Made by a program: the position numbers and the translations under genes
Notes under the pieces: generated by a model
What the model saw: only the letters and a program-made list of their open reading frames with translations
The model's database searches: none
What the model was told of the DNA's origin: nothing
Shown here: piece by piece, positions 1-13,280 of the stretch
Position numbering within the stretch: position 1 is the stretch's first letter
Layout of the letters: every line of letters begins with the position of its first letter
Source: Lama guanicoe
Lineage: Eukaryota
Assembly: GCA_013239625.1 (NCBI GenBank)
Contig: MU054049.1
Coordinates: 321,015-385,014, forward strand
Direction of reading: 5' to 3'
DNA length: 64,000 nt

Positions 1-1468
1 ACCGAGTGGGGCCATGTAGGTGGGGACCTGGGAGTGACCCGAGCCGAGGGGAGGCTGCATGGGGCAGCGCCCCTTGCCTACGCCCCTGCAGGGCTCCTGC
101 ACACCTACTGGTCCAACACAAGTCTTGGGGCCTCAGATTTTTTTCAGATACCTGAGGCTTATCTCTCTGAGTCTAGGGATGTGTGGACAGGATGGGTCAG
201 GACCTTATTCCTTCCTCTTGCTCCTGTCCAGTGCTGGGCTGAACAATGCACCAGACATTAGGGGGAAAAGGTCGGGCTTCTAAATTTGGGGACCCATGGG
301 TCCTGATTTGCTGTTCAAGGCCAGGAGTCCCTGGCTCGTCCTCAAAAAGTGAGCATGACAGCCCCACACTAAGTCCTTACATATTTACATGACATAGGCC
401 ATCATGAGCACCAGACAGACATGTTTACTGGACTTCTAATCATCTTATTTTAAACCACAGAAGTGAAAATAAATATGCTTTTTAAAAAAAATTCCTTTTA
501 CTTGTTTTTGAAGAGACACTTAAGAAATTGTCTCATTTCCTCGGGCCTCCAAATTCCTGTTGAAAACTTGGACTGGGGGCTTGTAACATCCTTGTCGACT
601 GTCCTTATTAATTCCACATTTTATTTAAATTGCACTTAGCACCTGCCTCCAATTACTCAGCTCTGGCAGAGAGCAGAGTTCTGATTAAATGTTCCGCCCG
701 GCTCTCACACAGCATTACCCCAGGCGATGGCCCGGCCCAAGCAGGCCATCATCTGTCTTCATCAAGCTCTGTCCTCCTGCGCTCTGACAGCAGCTGCTCA
801 GGAAATAATGAGGACGGCTAGCATGAAGGGGCTGAGATGCTAACGACAGCTTCCGTGGTACCCCGGGAGCGATTTGTATTCATTACTGTTCTCCCCAGTC
901 CCTGTCCCTGGATTTGCATGGAGAGCAGGCACGGCGGGGCCGGGCCAGGCTGCCAAACCAGGGAGGCGGGAGGTTCATGGCCATGATGCTGATGACAGTG
1001 ATGATGAGATGAGGTGGCGGCCGCCGAGGCTGATACTGACACTGATGAACCCCGCCACTTCGGGAGCACCTGCCGTGACTTGGTACCGTGCCAACACGTG
1101 GCCCAATCCCCCCCGTGCCACGCCCAGAACAACTCGGGGAGACTGGTGTCCTCGGGTTCTCCATCCACTCACCAGCTGAGGAAGTGGAGATGGGCTCGTG
1201 ATTGCTTGCCCAGACAAACGCAGTCATGCCATTCTGTCTGAAGCCCACCACCTTCAGCTTCCTCAAAGCCTCTATAAAATGACCCTGCCCCTCACCTTTC
1301 CCTGCTGGGAGGTGCTCCCTGGGCCAATGGGGTTGGCTTCCTGGGGCCGCAGGGAGGCACTTGTGCTGGGTGACTCTCTGGTCGTGAGCTGTCCCCTCAA
1401 CCAAGGCCATTACCGATGGGTCTCTCTATTCAAACAGGATTAATTAGTGAGTGAATGAAATGTAGCTC

Positions 1469-1503
1469 TGTGTGTGTGTGTGTGTGCGCGCGCGCGTGCA
1501 TGT
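1469..1503. repeat. (TG)n(CG)n alternating purine-pyrimidine microsatellite
   Basis: tgtgtgtgtgtgtgtgtgcgcgcgcgcgtgcatgt read directly. Confidence 0.95.
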
Positions 1504-4054
1504 CTGTGTAATGCTGCATTTTAGAACTGGAGTACGAGGAGGACTGTAGAATGAATGGAAGACACCACGATTCATGGGACTGGGGAGAGCCAGGTTGGAG
1601 CCACAGCATTCCTTTCAACACTGTGATCTTGGGCAAGTCCTTCATTGACTAAACCTGCGTCCCAGCCATGCCCCCAGGGATGGAGCCCCCCAGACTCTTC
1701 GTGTACCACTGAGACAGCCAGCATCTCTAATCTTCCAAGCCAGTTTATTCACACGAGGAGACGCTTTCCCCATTTAGCTCCAGAGTCTCACTGGCCCTAC
1801 TTCCTATCTCTCCGGCCATCTTTTCCTCTCCCAGTCCATTCCCACTGACCTAGTTGCACCCTCATCACATATCACTCAGGCCACTGCAACCAAAAGGCCA
1901 TCTCACTAAAATGCATATGGCGCCACTTCCCTGCATAAAGTCATCTAAGATCTCTGGTCTCCAACCAAGAAGAGCGAAGTCTCTCAGGGCACAGTGCAAG
2001 TTTTCTCGGCTTGGCCCTCTCTTAGCCTCAGCCTATCTCTCATCCCTTCCGGCCTCCCCTTTGCAACCCCAGTCATGATGAACCACTGCAAACTCCTCAA
2101 GCCTGCCCAAGGGCCCTGCCACCTCCATGTCTTAACACCTTCTGCTCTCCAGCCTGGAAAGTCTTCCCTCCTTTATTTACCTGTCACTTTTCAGACAACA
2201 TCCAGAGAGCTGTCCTGAGCCCTGTACCTTCCTGTGCCCATGCCAACCCATCCACCGCACCAAACCTAACGCCACACTTTCTGCCCGCTGCTTCCTGTGT
2301 CTGTCTGTCCCTCATCACCACCAGACCACAGATGCCAAAGTCAGGAGCTGTGACCCATGCACATCTGCATGTCTGCCCAGCACCTGCCCCAGCAGGGCTC
2401 CCCGGGAGGCACGTGCCCTGGGCCATCTCCGTGTCATGTGCTGTCACTTGTGCATTCACACGGTTACCTCAATGCTGTACAAATGGCTTTGGCATTGCCT
2501 GTGCCCACCTTCCCATCCTCAAAATAGCCACAGGATGCTCACCTCCCAGCTTCTGATTTGCTTCTAATAGAAAGCCCCCCTCCCCTCCCAAGAACCAGAA
2601 CCATAACGAAAAGGCAGATGAATGAAAGGAAAATAGAATCAAGTCTGAAAGCCCCACCACCCACCATCCAGGGGAAGATGTCTCAAGGTGTCCTCTCAGT
2701 CAAGTGACGTCTGGGAACCTGTCCACGACCACCATGACCAAAGCCATGATGGGTCCACCTCGCCGACTAATACCTAGTACAGTTGCCTGGAGAATGAGTC
2801 ACAGAATCACCCACACCTCAGTGGTCCATCAACCCAGCTCCCGTGGGAAGGGCCCTTTCTGCATAATCCCCCAAATGGATCCCAAGACATCCTTAGGGAG
2901 GGGTTTCTGGGATAAGCCACAGCTCCGAAGTCAGAAAGCCCCTTCCAAGTCTTGGTAGATGCCTCCACTGTCTCTCTTGGGGAGCTACAGAGCCACCCCA
3001 TGAGACAAAAGCACCTGTTTCCTCCCGTCAGCCCTGCTCTGCAGGCAGAGCAATCTCCTCAACCACCAGATCCACCGGATGGAGGATGGCTTCCCAGCCG
3101 CCCTTCTCTCTTAGGCTTTTTAGAAACACCACCTCTGTGGGGTCTGAGCAGCCCGGAGGAGCCCCCGTGCCCTCATTCCAGTGGTTCTACCTCTCTGGGT
3201 GCAGCAGGCATGGGGAGCCCCCTTCCGGGAGCGTCACTGCCCCGACTCCCATTGAACCACTGTCTTCGCCTAGGCCCCACTCAATGGAGCGACAGAGCCT
3301 TGCTCGCCCACCTCCGCATGTGGTGTCCCTGATCCTTTCACATCCCTGTGCTCAAGCCAGAGCGGCTTCAGTGAAAGACGACAGTCTCCAGGGCTGTGCT
3401 TATATAAGGCCGGGCCTGGGCCCCCATCTGCTTATCCCTGATGCTCCCCAGGAAGCCCTCCCCCCCGCCCTCTACATCCCCAGCCGCATCTCCTCTGGTG
3501 CCGGAACTGCCTTTCGATCGGAAAGTTCCAAGGGCAGCTCAGACTCACAACATCCCAAACTGAACTCATTACCGATTCTTCCACACTCACTCCTGTTCTT
3601 CGCGCCAAAGAATGACATCACCACCACCCAGTCCCCACGCCGGAAACCTGGGACTCATTTGAGATGTCTACCTCATCAATTTTCCTAATTTTTCGCAAAG
3701 CCAGCCACCCGCTGCCCTCCCCACCATGTTTCCCTAATTCACCCACATCATCTTTTATCTGGACTATTCTTACACCAGCCTCCTGACTGGTCTGATCCTA
3801 ACCTGAATCCCTTCCCTGTCCACCTGCAACACAGTTCTTGAGAAGATCTTTCTAAATGTCCAGCATAGACATCAGTACTCATGGTCCCCTCTATGTTTCA
3901 GTGGTTCCCCATCCATCTCAAGGAAAACAAAGTCTAACCTGGCTTTTGCTTGCCTCCCTACCTCGCTGTCATTCCCTCCTGCACTCTCAACTCTCTTTTT
4001 ACCTCCCTGTGACCCCCATGGTCCTCCATCCCCAGTTTTGAACATACAGTAAAG

Positions 4055-4185
4055 CAGTGGCCCTCAAACTTGAGGGCGCATCAGAATCAGTAGTGAGGGT
4101 TTGAGAAAGCACAGCGCTGGGGACCCCCACCCGGGGTTTCTGATGAGTGAAACTGGGTAGGGCCTGTGAGTTTGCATTTCCAACT
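4055..4185. mobile_element. MER5A-like hAT-Charlie element, left part
   Basis: cagtggccctcaaacttgagggcgcatcagaatca...tttgcatttccaac resembles the MER5A consensus. Confidence 0.7.
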
Positions 4186-4877
4186 TCCACTCTTCATAAT
4201 GGTGATAAAAAGTCATATTTAATATGTGGTGGTTATATGTGGGAATGGATTTTTTTAGATGCTGGAAACATTCCTTTTATACGGTAACTTTCAAACCTTA
4301 GTTTTTCTTCAATATAGTTTGGGTATATTCTGTTATGTTGAATTTTACTTCCCTCATGAGATTAATATTCGTTGAATGTCAAGCATGGACACAGTCTTGT
4401 GTCAGGTGTGGAGTTATCAAGCATAATAAGATACCAGGTCCGCCTGTGCAAAAGGGGAGGGCAGGTTATTAAGGCTGCCTTCAATAGGCATTGAAAAAAT
4501 TATTCTTTCCCTGTAGGCAGTGATGGTGAGACACAATGTCTCTTCTACTCAAAATTCGTATCAGAATTTCCTCTAGGGTTAAGCGTCTGACAGACCACTG
4601 TTGATCTGCACAGGGTTATTCCATACCTTTTAATTATATTTGCCTTAATAAATTTCTGTCATTATTTTCCCTCTGGTTCTTAATGCTAGACGGGATGGGG
4701 AGGTTCCTTCTATATCACATGACTGACCAAGATGTACAGTATAGTCCAGCTCATTCAGTGCTTAATAAAAGTGGCAATGATGTCAAAGAGTCATTTGTCT
4801 CAGAATAAATAGATCTCAGAATAAAAACTTTGCTGACTCCTTGCCTCACAAAAATAATAATAAATAAAATAAAATAA
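4186..4877 (+). other. AT-rich insert with A-rich tail interrupting MER5A (retroposed 3' end or transduction)
   Basis: AATAAA at 4804-4809 and 4820-4825, A-rich tail at 4850-4877, MER5A-like halves on both sides. Confidence 0.5.
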
Positions 4878-4920
4878 TGGAGATGTTGCTCATCTGGTGG
4901 CCGCATTTAGAAAACCACAG
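4878..4920. mobile_element. MER5A-like element, right part
   Basis: ggagatgttgctcatctggtggccgcatttagaaaaccacag resembles the MER5A end. Confidence 0.5.
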
Positions 4921-5895
4921 CTACGGGGCTTCCCTGAGCACTCAGAAGGGACTCGGTCAATGTCAGCTGAATCAGTGCATGAATGACTATGCTGCATACA
5001 TGCCGCCCCGCTGAGATTTTACAGCCAATCATGAGGACTCTGTTGATCAGCTCTCATGTGTGTGAGTAATCTCAGGTGGAATTTCTGAATAAGTTAAAAG
5101 AGACAAATCTACATCATGCTCTCCACCGCGGTCCAAAGGACCTGTCTGAAGTTTCTCTCCAGGATCGCTTTGTGTGCCTGGAGGAGTCAGTATCTTTCCC
5201 AGGAACAGAGGTGGGAGTTGGAGAGCCTGGGTCCAGGATCTGTGACAGCATTCCTGTTACATCATTTGGGAGTCTTTATAGACTGGAGAGCTTACAACAT
5301 CATCAAAACACATGTTTCTGTGATTTTCCAATAGCCCTGATTCCTGCTACCACGTCCTGTTCCCAGGCCACTGCCAAAATCGCCTGACAAAAGCCAGCAA
5401 GCCTCTGAGCTCTCAAATGCTCAGAGCGTGTGCCTTCTCATGGAGGGAGTTCGGAGAATGGAAAACAGGATGCGAAAGACCCAGAAAATGCTAGAGAAGG
5501 TTTTGCAGTGGGCCAGCCTATAATTGGCCAAGTAGCAATTGTGGAGATTCCACACCTTCCAGAGTCATGAGCAATATAAAGAAGACCCCACTGCCCAGCA
5601 CGGCCATGCCAGCCACCAAGGTCCCCATCTTCACCCACCGTGAGTCCTGAGCCCTGGACTGGTGCACACTCATCTTTGAAACAGTAGGACTAACTAAAGT
5701 AGCACCTGTTATCCCATTGCGCTTAACTACGGCCCCTCCGTGGTCATCAGAAGCTGATCCCGGGCGAGCTGCTGGTCACCCTGTGGTCACATCAGCCTCC
5801 CTTCAGACCTACCAGATGAAAAGGGGAAATTCCAACCCTGCTTTAAAGAGAGACTGTTCCCCGAGTCCCTGAGATCCGTTTCTCTCTCAGGATGT

Positions 5896-6287
5896 GTTTA
5901 TGGGCTAAACCAGGTCACCCCCAAATTCACATGTTGAAGCCCCAAAGCCCAGAACCTCAGAAAGTGACTGTATTTGAAAATAAGATCTTTCAAGATGTGA
6001 TTGAGTTAGTAAAGCCCTGAGGTTGGGTTCCAAGCCAGTATGGCTGCTATCTTTGTAAGAAGAGGCAATTTGGGCACAGACATGTTCACGCACAGAAGGA
6101 AGACGATGTGAGGACACCGGGAGGAGATGATCACCCACAAGTTGAGGACGAAGCCCCAGAAGAAGCCAGCCCTGCTGACACCCTGGTCTTGGGCTTCCAG
6201 CCCTTGGGACTGTGAGACAAAAGATGTCTGGATTGTAACCCCTCAGTCTGGGATGCTTGGTAGCAGCAGCCCTAGAAAGTGAATCCA
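5896..6287 (+). mobile_element. MLT1 (MaLR) solo LTR, MLT1B/C-like
   Basis: ccccaaattcacatgttgaagcc...cagaaagtgactgtatttg...cttccagccc...actgtgagacaa...agcagccctagaaagtgaatcca. Confidence 0.8.
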
Positions 6288-6869
6288 GATGCTCAGGAGC
6301 TACGGCCAACGGGTGGAGAGTCCAGCTGAGGATGCACCGCGAAGGGCTCCAGGCAAGAGGTCCAGGGGTGTTGGCCCCTGAGGGCTGGGCCAGTGCCTGC
6401 ACCTGGGGAGGACCTCTCAGCTCCAGTCCCTCTGGGCATCTCCGAATATCACGTAGCCTAGCCCTGACTCCCCATACTCAGTGAGCTTCTGGAAATTCTG
6501 ATGGTTCATTAAGAAAACCAAGAAGGGGTGGATTTGAGCCAGGTTTTCCAGACAGCACTCCCGTCCTGAACCCCAGAGATTAATGCTACCCGCCCATCCC
6601 CACTTCGGGGCACTGCAGGCTCCCCTGGGACTTCAGACTTGACGGAAGATGTGCTGGGTGGGGCCGGGGTGGGGGCTGGGGATGACAGCTGCATCCACAG
6701 CTGCAGATCCCCTGCGGGGCTAGACCACAGTCGCTGTGAGAGCCCTTTCCCTGGCTTGAGATTCAGTGCTGATCCTTGGGTAAGGGAAGTCCTCCCCGAG
6801 GGGGCTGTTCCAGCCGCTCTCCCGCCTCCCCAGGGGCTCTGTCCCAGAGGGATGTGCTGTCCTGTGCAT

Positions 6870-7085
6870 CTTTTTTCATTTATTTTCAGTTGAAGTATAG
6901 TTGATTTCCAATGCCATGTTAGTTTCTGGTGTACAGCATAGTGATTCAGTTATACAACTATACGTTTGTGTTCATATTCTTTATCACAGGCTATTACAGG
7001 TTATTGAAGATAGTTCCCTGTGCTACACAGTAGACCTTGTTGTGACTCTGTTCTATATACAGCAGTTTGCATCTGCTACTCCCAC
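6870..7085 (-). mobile_element. Short L1 3'-end fragment (artiodactyl type)
   Basis: ttgaagtatagttgattt...gttagtttctggtgtacagcatagtgattcagttatac. Confidence 0.7.
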
Positions 7086-7199
7086 AATGCCCTGGGCTTC
7101 TTGCTTCTTCCGGGACTCAGGAGTTCACCTTGCCTCAGGTGAACTGGACCACAGTTGGGAACCACAGGATGGGAGCTGGACCGCAGTGATGATGTGCCT

Positions 7200-8025
7200 G
7201 GAACATCACTGTGGAGGGGAAAATGGAGGAGGTGGGCTTGGAGAAAAGGCTGCAGCATTCCAACACCAGCTCTCCACACTGACACCGTAGGACACTGGGG
7301 TGTCCTACAGTTCAATTCAGTTCTGAAAAGAGCTGCCTGGAGTCAGGCCAGGCCCCGCAGGGTAAGAGCTTAGTCCCACAGGACTGCTTCCATTTCAGAC
7401 ACCGGGCCCCAGGTGGCAGGTGTCCTCAGGCGCCCACACTTTTGCTCAGTCACCTACACATTTCTGGGTTCCCATGAACTACCTCCCAAGGTGTGATAAT
7501 TTGCTAGCACAACATACAGAATTTGGGAAAAGCCTATACTTACGAATACAGTTTATTATAAAGGACACAAATGAACACCCAGATGAAGCACATAGGTTGT
7601 GGTCTGGGGGTGGGGCCAGAGGGTCCAGGGCCCCGTCCCGGCACATCCATGTGGTCACCATCCCAGAAGCTCTTCAGGCCGCCTTGTTCCAGGATCTTTT
7701 CCTGGGGTTTCATTACAGAGCAGGATGGATTCCATCACTGGTCACAACCTCCAGCCCAGCTCCTCTCCTGGGAGGTCAGAAACAGGTGGGGCTGAAGGTT
7801 CCAACCTTCTCATCTCATACTTGGCTTTCTGGTGGCCACCCCTCCCTTGAAACTCTCTGAGGGCCCGCCATGGTCCACAGGTGTCTGTGAGACGTACACT
7901 CAGGTATGGTCCAGGGGCTCCTGATGAGGAACAAAAGGTACTCCCATCACTCAGGAAATTCCAAGGGTTTTCGGAGCTCTGTGCCGAGAAGCAGGGGCAA
8001 AGACAAATACGTATTGCATTATACC
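7200..8025. mobile_element. MER21-like LTR
   Basis: ggtgtcctacagttcaattcagttctga, cagtttattataaaggacacaaatgaaca, ctcaggaaattccaagggttt. Boundaries approximate. Confidence 0.65.
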
Positions 8026-9589
8026 CTGAGGCCCCAGGGACAAATGTAGGGGCCTCCTTTCCTTACAGTGTGACCCTTCAGCTCCATGTCAGCCTGCAAG
8101 CTTCCATCCCTCCCCCACCGGCAAGGCCTGCCTGGAGCAGAGGGGGGAGCCCTGCTGTGGCTCTTAGTTCGGGCACAGCCAGCCCAGGCGCTGGGATGCT
8201 GGGGTGGGGCACAGGCTGCAGAGGCAGACAGGGGCCAAAGGGCCTGGGCCTTGGGGGCCTAGAAAGTCGGGCTAAGGCACCACCACCCTAGAGTCTAAGC
8301 GACGAGGAGCCCTGGGAGCAGGGGTGTCACCCATGAAGGGCCACTTTGCTATTGTGTGGGAATCGTTCCCTGTGGGAACCCAGAGCACAGCTTCCAGGAG
8401 GTTCTCACTGAACATTTCGTGAGTGGAAGTGGGCGGTGAAGCCTGAGGTGGGTGGCCCTGGAGGCAGGAGACCAACTACGGGGAGACTTCCCCAGTTCAG
8501 GTGGAGCAATGGGGAGCAGAGGAGAGTGACTTCACATGTTTCAAGGCGTAGCTGGTCGAGTGACTGGCGGGGTGGGTGGGTGGGGGGCACTCCAGGCGTC
8601 CTGTCCATCCCGTTTGGGGCTGGCCTTGGGGACGCAGAAGGCCGGGAGAGAGAGCGGCCGTGGCAGCTTCCTTGCAGACAGGCTGAGGATGAGGAAAGGG
8701 GAGACTGAGCAGGGGCGGCTGGGCCAGGCCTGGAGGGAGACCCTCCCACGGAGGCCTGAGCCCCTGCCGGGCTCTCACCCTCCCCCAGGGCAGGGTGCCA
8801 TCACAGGATGGCCCTGTGAGCCTGGGGGGCACCCTCACCACCCTGGCTGTGCTGTCCCTCCTTGGGGTACGGAGACTCCATCAGCAGGTTCCTCTCAGGA
8901 TTCAGCCTGGCAACCTGCCCAGCGCACCTGGCTCAGAGGTGAAGGCACATCAGGTGTTCCCTCCCCCGCCACCCCCCCCCGTGCCTGTTCTGGCCGGGGC
9001 TGGGCCCTGGTCATCCTTCCCCACTCGGCCACCTTTGCTTACTTCAGGGAACACAGGGGAGACCTGGATTCCCTAACTGGGGGACTGTGGAGCCTTCAGA
9101 AAGATGGGCTGACCAGCCTGCCCCTCCCCCTCTCCTTCCGCCCCCAGAAACTCCTCAAAGGCTTCCTTCCCAGCTCCGTTGCATCGGCATCCCAGGGTGC
9201 CCAGAGGCACCCCTTTAGGAACCCTCCAGCCAGGGCTCCGGAATTGTCAGTGTAAGTGTGTTGGGTGCATGTGGGGGCAGCCAGTGTGGGGGAAGCTAGG
9301 AGCTATGGGATCAGGCTGGGCAGCCCCAGGCTGGCCCATGACTTCTCCTTAAGGAACGAGGTCATTAATGCCCACCTCTGTAGCTCTTACTGCTCTGGGC
9401 TCACAAGCCCCACAGGAACCCCCACCCCAGCTGGCAGGAGAGGAGCAACGCCCCGATTGCCGAAGCCTGGCCCCATCCGGCCTCAGTCTTCTCTCAGTCC
9501 ATGGTCCCTGATTCACTCCTAAGTTCCCTGTGCCCAGCACAGCCTCCTCCACCAAGCCTGGGACAGGGTCCAGGCGGTGCCATGCGGAG

Positions 9590-9740
9590 AGAGTGGGGTC
9601 TGGAGGCAGGCCTGGTTTCCTTCACCTCCAGGCTGTGTGACCCTGGGGCCGTTGCTGAACCTCTCTGATCCTCAGCTTCCTCCCATGACCGGTGGTTGTG
9701 AAGATCCAAAGCAGTGATGTGTGTAAAGTGCTCTGCATGG
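9590..9740 (+). mobile_element. MIR SINE
   Basis: tctggaggcaggcctggtttc...ctgtgtgaccctggggccgttgctgaacctctctgatcctcagcttcc core. Confidence 0.65.
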
Positions 9741-10849
9741 GGCGAATGAAGGCTTCCCTTCCTCCCTAAAATTAACAAGTGCAGCCCTAGGAAGTGGAAT
9801 GTTAAGCCCGTGCTCAAATAGGATTCAGTCTGATGGCCGTGACTTATAGCTGAGGCTCATCTGTTGGCCACGGACTTCCTACTCAGAACACAGCAGGGGT
9901 CACAGGTTCAGCAGCTGAGAACGGGTGAGTGGAAGTCAGGGGAGCCTGCTTCCCAGGACCCAGCCGCCTCTGGCTCTGATATTCAGCTGCACGGGCCGGC
10001 AGCGCCACCTAGTGGGCATAGTGGGCACCGTGAATCAGGATGCAGATTTATGCGGTGGGTGTCCTCTCTCTCCCCTCCCACAGACACGCAGACAGACACA
10101 CACACGCATACACATCATCGTGGACACTTATCACGGCTCCTACCCACACCTGCACCCGCACACAAACGTTTCCCGGCGTCCTGCTCGCTGGGGCTTGTCT
10201 TGGAACTGGCCATCCACAGTCATAAAACGTTGGTTCCTTTCTCTTTCCAAAAACTGATTCTGTGGCTGTGGGAGGGCAGCCAAATCGTCTGAAAAGGAAA
10301 CAGGGTGAGGTCACGTTTGCTAAGGGCCCAGTCCGTGCCCGGCTTCAAGCTGTGAGGTAGGTGTCACCATCGCAGAAAGGGTGACGGATCCAAGCCCACC
10401 CAGCCAGGGAGGGACTCCACGCTCCAGGCTGCACAGCCGATGCCTTTGCTGCTCCGAGCTCCACAGATGATTCCATTTTCTGAAATGGTTGCTCTGGATC
10501 CTGGAACTTCCTTCTTGAACTAGGATTTTATTTGAAACAGAATCAACTTGACCCATAATCCTGTTTTTTTGTCCCAAGATGATTTTCTAAGTGACACCAA
10601 AGCCCCAGTTCCCAATAGTCGTTGTCGTATTGACCCTGTCCTCCGTCTCCTCCCAGCAGTGAAGTGTGGGAGTGTGTGCGTGTGTGTGTATGTGTTGTGT
10701 GTCTGTGAGTGTGTATACATGTGTGTATGCAGCATTGTGATACTGAGTCTGAGCGTGGATGGTGGGTAGTGGGTGGGGTTTGGGGCACAGATGCTGCAGT
10801 CAGAGACAGATGGGGTCAAATCCCAGATCTGCCCTCCAGGATCCTGCAG

Positions 10850-11329
10850 GTGGCCCGACCCCCCAGTCTGGTGTAATCCCGCACCTTGAATGTGGGCTGC
10901 CCCGAGCGAGTTGCTTCTAGTGAACAGAATATGACAAAAGTGATGCTATGTCACTTCCAAAATTAGATTACAGAAAAGATTCTGGGTTCTGTCCGTTCTG
11001 TCTCTTGCTTGCTCACTTAATCTAAAGGAAGCCGGCCGCCGTGCTGGGAGCTGCCTTATGGAGAGGCCCACTTGACCAGGAACCTCACCAGAGAGGCCTC
11101 AGCCAGCGAGTAGCAAGTAACTGAATGGCACCAACATCACTGAGGGAGCTTGGAAGCAGACCCTCCCCAGTCGAGTCTTGAGAGGAGACCACAGCCCCTG
11201 GGAGACCTGAGCCAGGATATCAGCTCAGCCGCACCTGGACTCCTGACCCACAGAAACTGTGAGGTGATAAATGTTGTCTGAAGCCAGCAAATTTGGAATA
11301 ATTCATTATGTGGCCGTAGGTAACTAACA
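10850..11329 (+). mobile_element. MLT1 (MaLR) solo LTR, MLT1E/F-like
   Basis: gtgtaatcccgcaccttgaatgtgggctg...gacccacagaaactgtgaggtgataaatgttg...gtaggtaactaaca. Confidence 0.75.
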
Positions 11330-12939
11330 CCTGGGCCTTTCCTTTGCCTCTTTGAGCCCATTTCCCTGCTATAAAATAGGGATTGGATCACAGGACAAGC
11401 TTAGCACAGCGTCTGGCATGAAAGAGAGACTTAATACCAGTTTCCTTTCTCCTTTTCACATAGAAGGCTGGCTTGGCATGTGGCTCCCCCAAACAGGGTG
11501 GTGTGATGGAAAACCCTCAGCCGGGCTCTGTTTGGAGTCTGGAGGCCGACGGAGAGCCCGGGCCTTCCCAGACTGGAGCATGGCCTGATCCCTCCAGGGA
11601 ACCAGGACCCGGCAGCCAGCCATCTGGAGAGCAGGCCTGACAGCATCAGCCTGGGCTTCCCTCCATTGCGTGGGGGGTCGGGTGATCATCTCCAGCCACA
11701 GAAGCCCTTGACCTCAGCCTTTACGGGAGGGAGCAGGACCCTCTTCTGGACCAGGACAGGGCCCGGGCTCCAGCAGGCGGATGGTCTGCTGGGTGTTCTC
11801 TGGACCGGGTGCTAACAGCCCCAATGGCAACTCGGCTCCACCTTTGTCACAGTGAGCCCAGGGAGGCACCCGGCTGCCACCTGCACCTGCCGGGCTCCTG
11901 CTTCCACAGCCCCTTCCAGGCACCTCTAAGTCCTTCCATCTATCCTCCTGGCTAAAGAGGGGGGAGCCTCCAGCTCCCTCCCCTGCTGCTTCCCCACTAG
12001 CATGTGATCTGCCGTCTCACTGCGAGGATCCCAGGACCTGGCTCTCCAGGATGGGCCCTGGGAGCCATGCTCGAGGTGGGCTGTTGGTTCTGTCCCTGGG
12101 TGAGGCTGGCCAATCCCCTGTTCTCCTGCCACCCCTCGGATCGGGCACCCAGGTCCCCCCAAGTGTAGAGAACTCATCTCTGAGGCCCGGATTCTTCCAG
12201 CTCTAGCCCCCTGCCCACAGCAAGAGAAGAAAACATTTGTCTTACTTGCTAGGTGAGGTTCAGGGTCCTTGGCAAAATCACACAGCACAGATGGCAGTCC
12301 TTTAACTCTCTGGTCCCCAGATTCTTGCAACATTCCTGGCACTAAGAGATGGGGTTTCTGCCCTCTCCCTTTGAAGCTGGGCCAGGGACTGCTTAGCCAA
12401 GAGAACCCAGCAGATGGGATGCTGTGCCAGTTCCTGGAGGTGGGCAGTAAGGAACTGGCCGCCTCCACTTCCTACCCCTCAGGACGTTGCTCTTGGAACA
12501 CAGACCCCATTCTCTAAGGTCGCCCGTGCAGAGGGGCCACATGGAGAGGCACCCAGGCCCCGGCCTTCAGCTCCAGCCAAGCCAAGCCCCCGCCACCAGC
12601 TGTGAAGTGAGTCATCTGAGAAGCAGACCCTCAGCCCTGAGTCCAGCTGCCCCAGATGATGCCTCCCTGCTGAGTCCTATCCCAGCCCACACTGCAGGGT
12701 CCTGAGTGACATAAATGCTGATCTTTAAACCAGTAGGTTTGGGATGACTTTAAGGAGCTGGTACAGCAAGACGTGGTGAGCACAGCTCAGCCAACACCAA
12801 GGTCCACCCTCTTCTGGAGTCCCCACGTGGTGGGAATACCTCCCCCCAGCTAACTCCCCATCTCACCGCAGGCAGGGAGCTCCTTTCGGGCCTGTCCTGA
12901 CTGCGTTTCACCTCCTAGCCCTGTGGGAGGGGCCCAAAG

Positions 12940-13280
12940 CCAGGACGATCCCTGAAGACTCACACCTCTGTACAAACTCCTTTTCTTGAGCGCAGGTAAG
13001 ACTTGTGAATATGATGCAATGTCATACTCACCCTTGATGAAGTTACGTATATGACAAAGGGACTTGCAGATGGCATTCAGGCTACTAATCTGGTGGCCTT
13101 GACTTTGGATGGGCCTCATTAGACCTAACTCAATCACCTGAGTCCTCTAAACTCAGTTTTCTCTGGCTGATGGGAGACAGCTGGCCCAGTGGAGTTCACC
13201 TAGACCTCCAACCTATAGAATCATGACATGATAACTGGGTGTTAAGTTGCTAAATTTGTAGCTCGACAATAGATAATTAA
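12940..13280 (+). mobile_element. MLT1 (MaLR) LTR fragment
   Basis: aagggacttgcagatggcattcaggctactaatc...taagttgctaaatttgtag...caatagataattaata. Confidence 0.6.

Noticed and set aside
874..1410. Overlapping ORFs including the acidic stretch HDADDSDDE
   Set aside because: Explained by a short (GAT)n-like low-complexity tract in GC-rich DNA. No convincing exon structure.
3086..3688. 200-aa ORF and TATATAA near 3400
   Set aside because: No recognisable protein, the 3' part runs into L2-like sequence, and an isolated TATA motif is not evidence of a promoter.
8536..9255. 239-aa ORF
   Set aside because: Pro/Gly/Ala-rich with no recognisable domain. Long ORFs arise by chance in GC-rich DNA, and overlapping ORFs occur in several frames.
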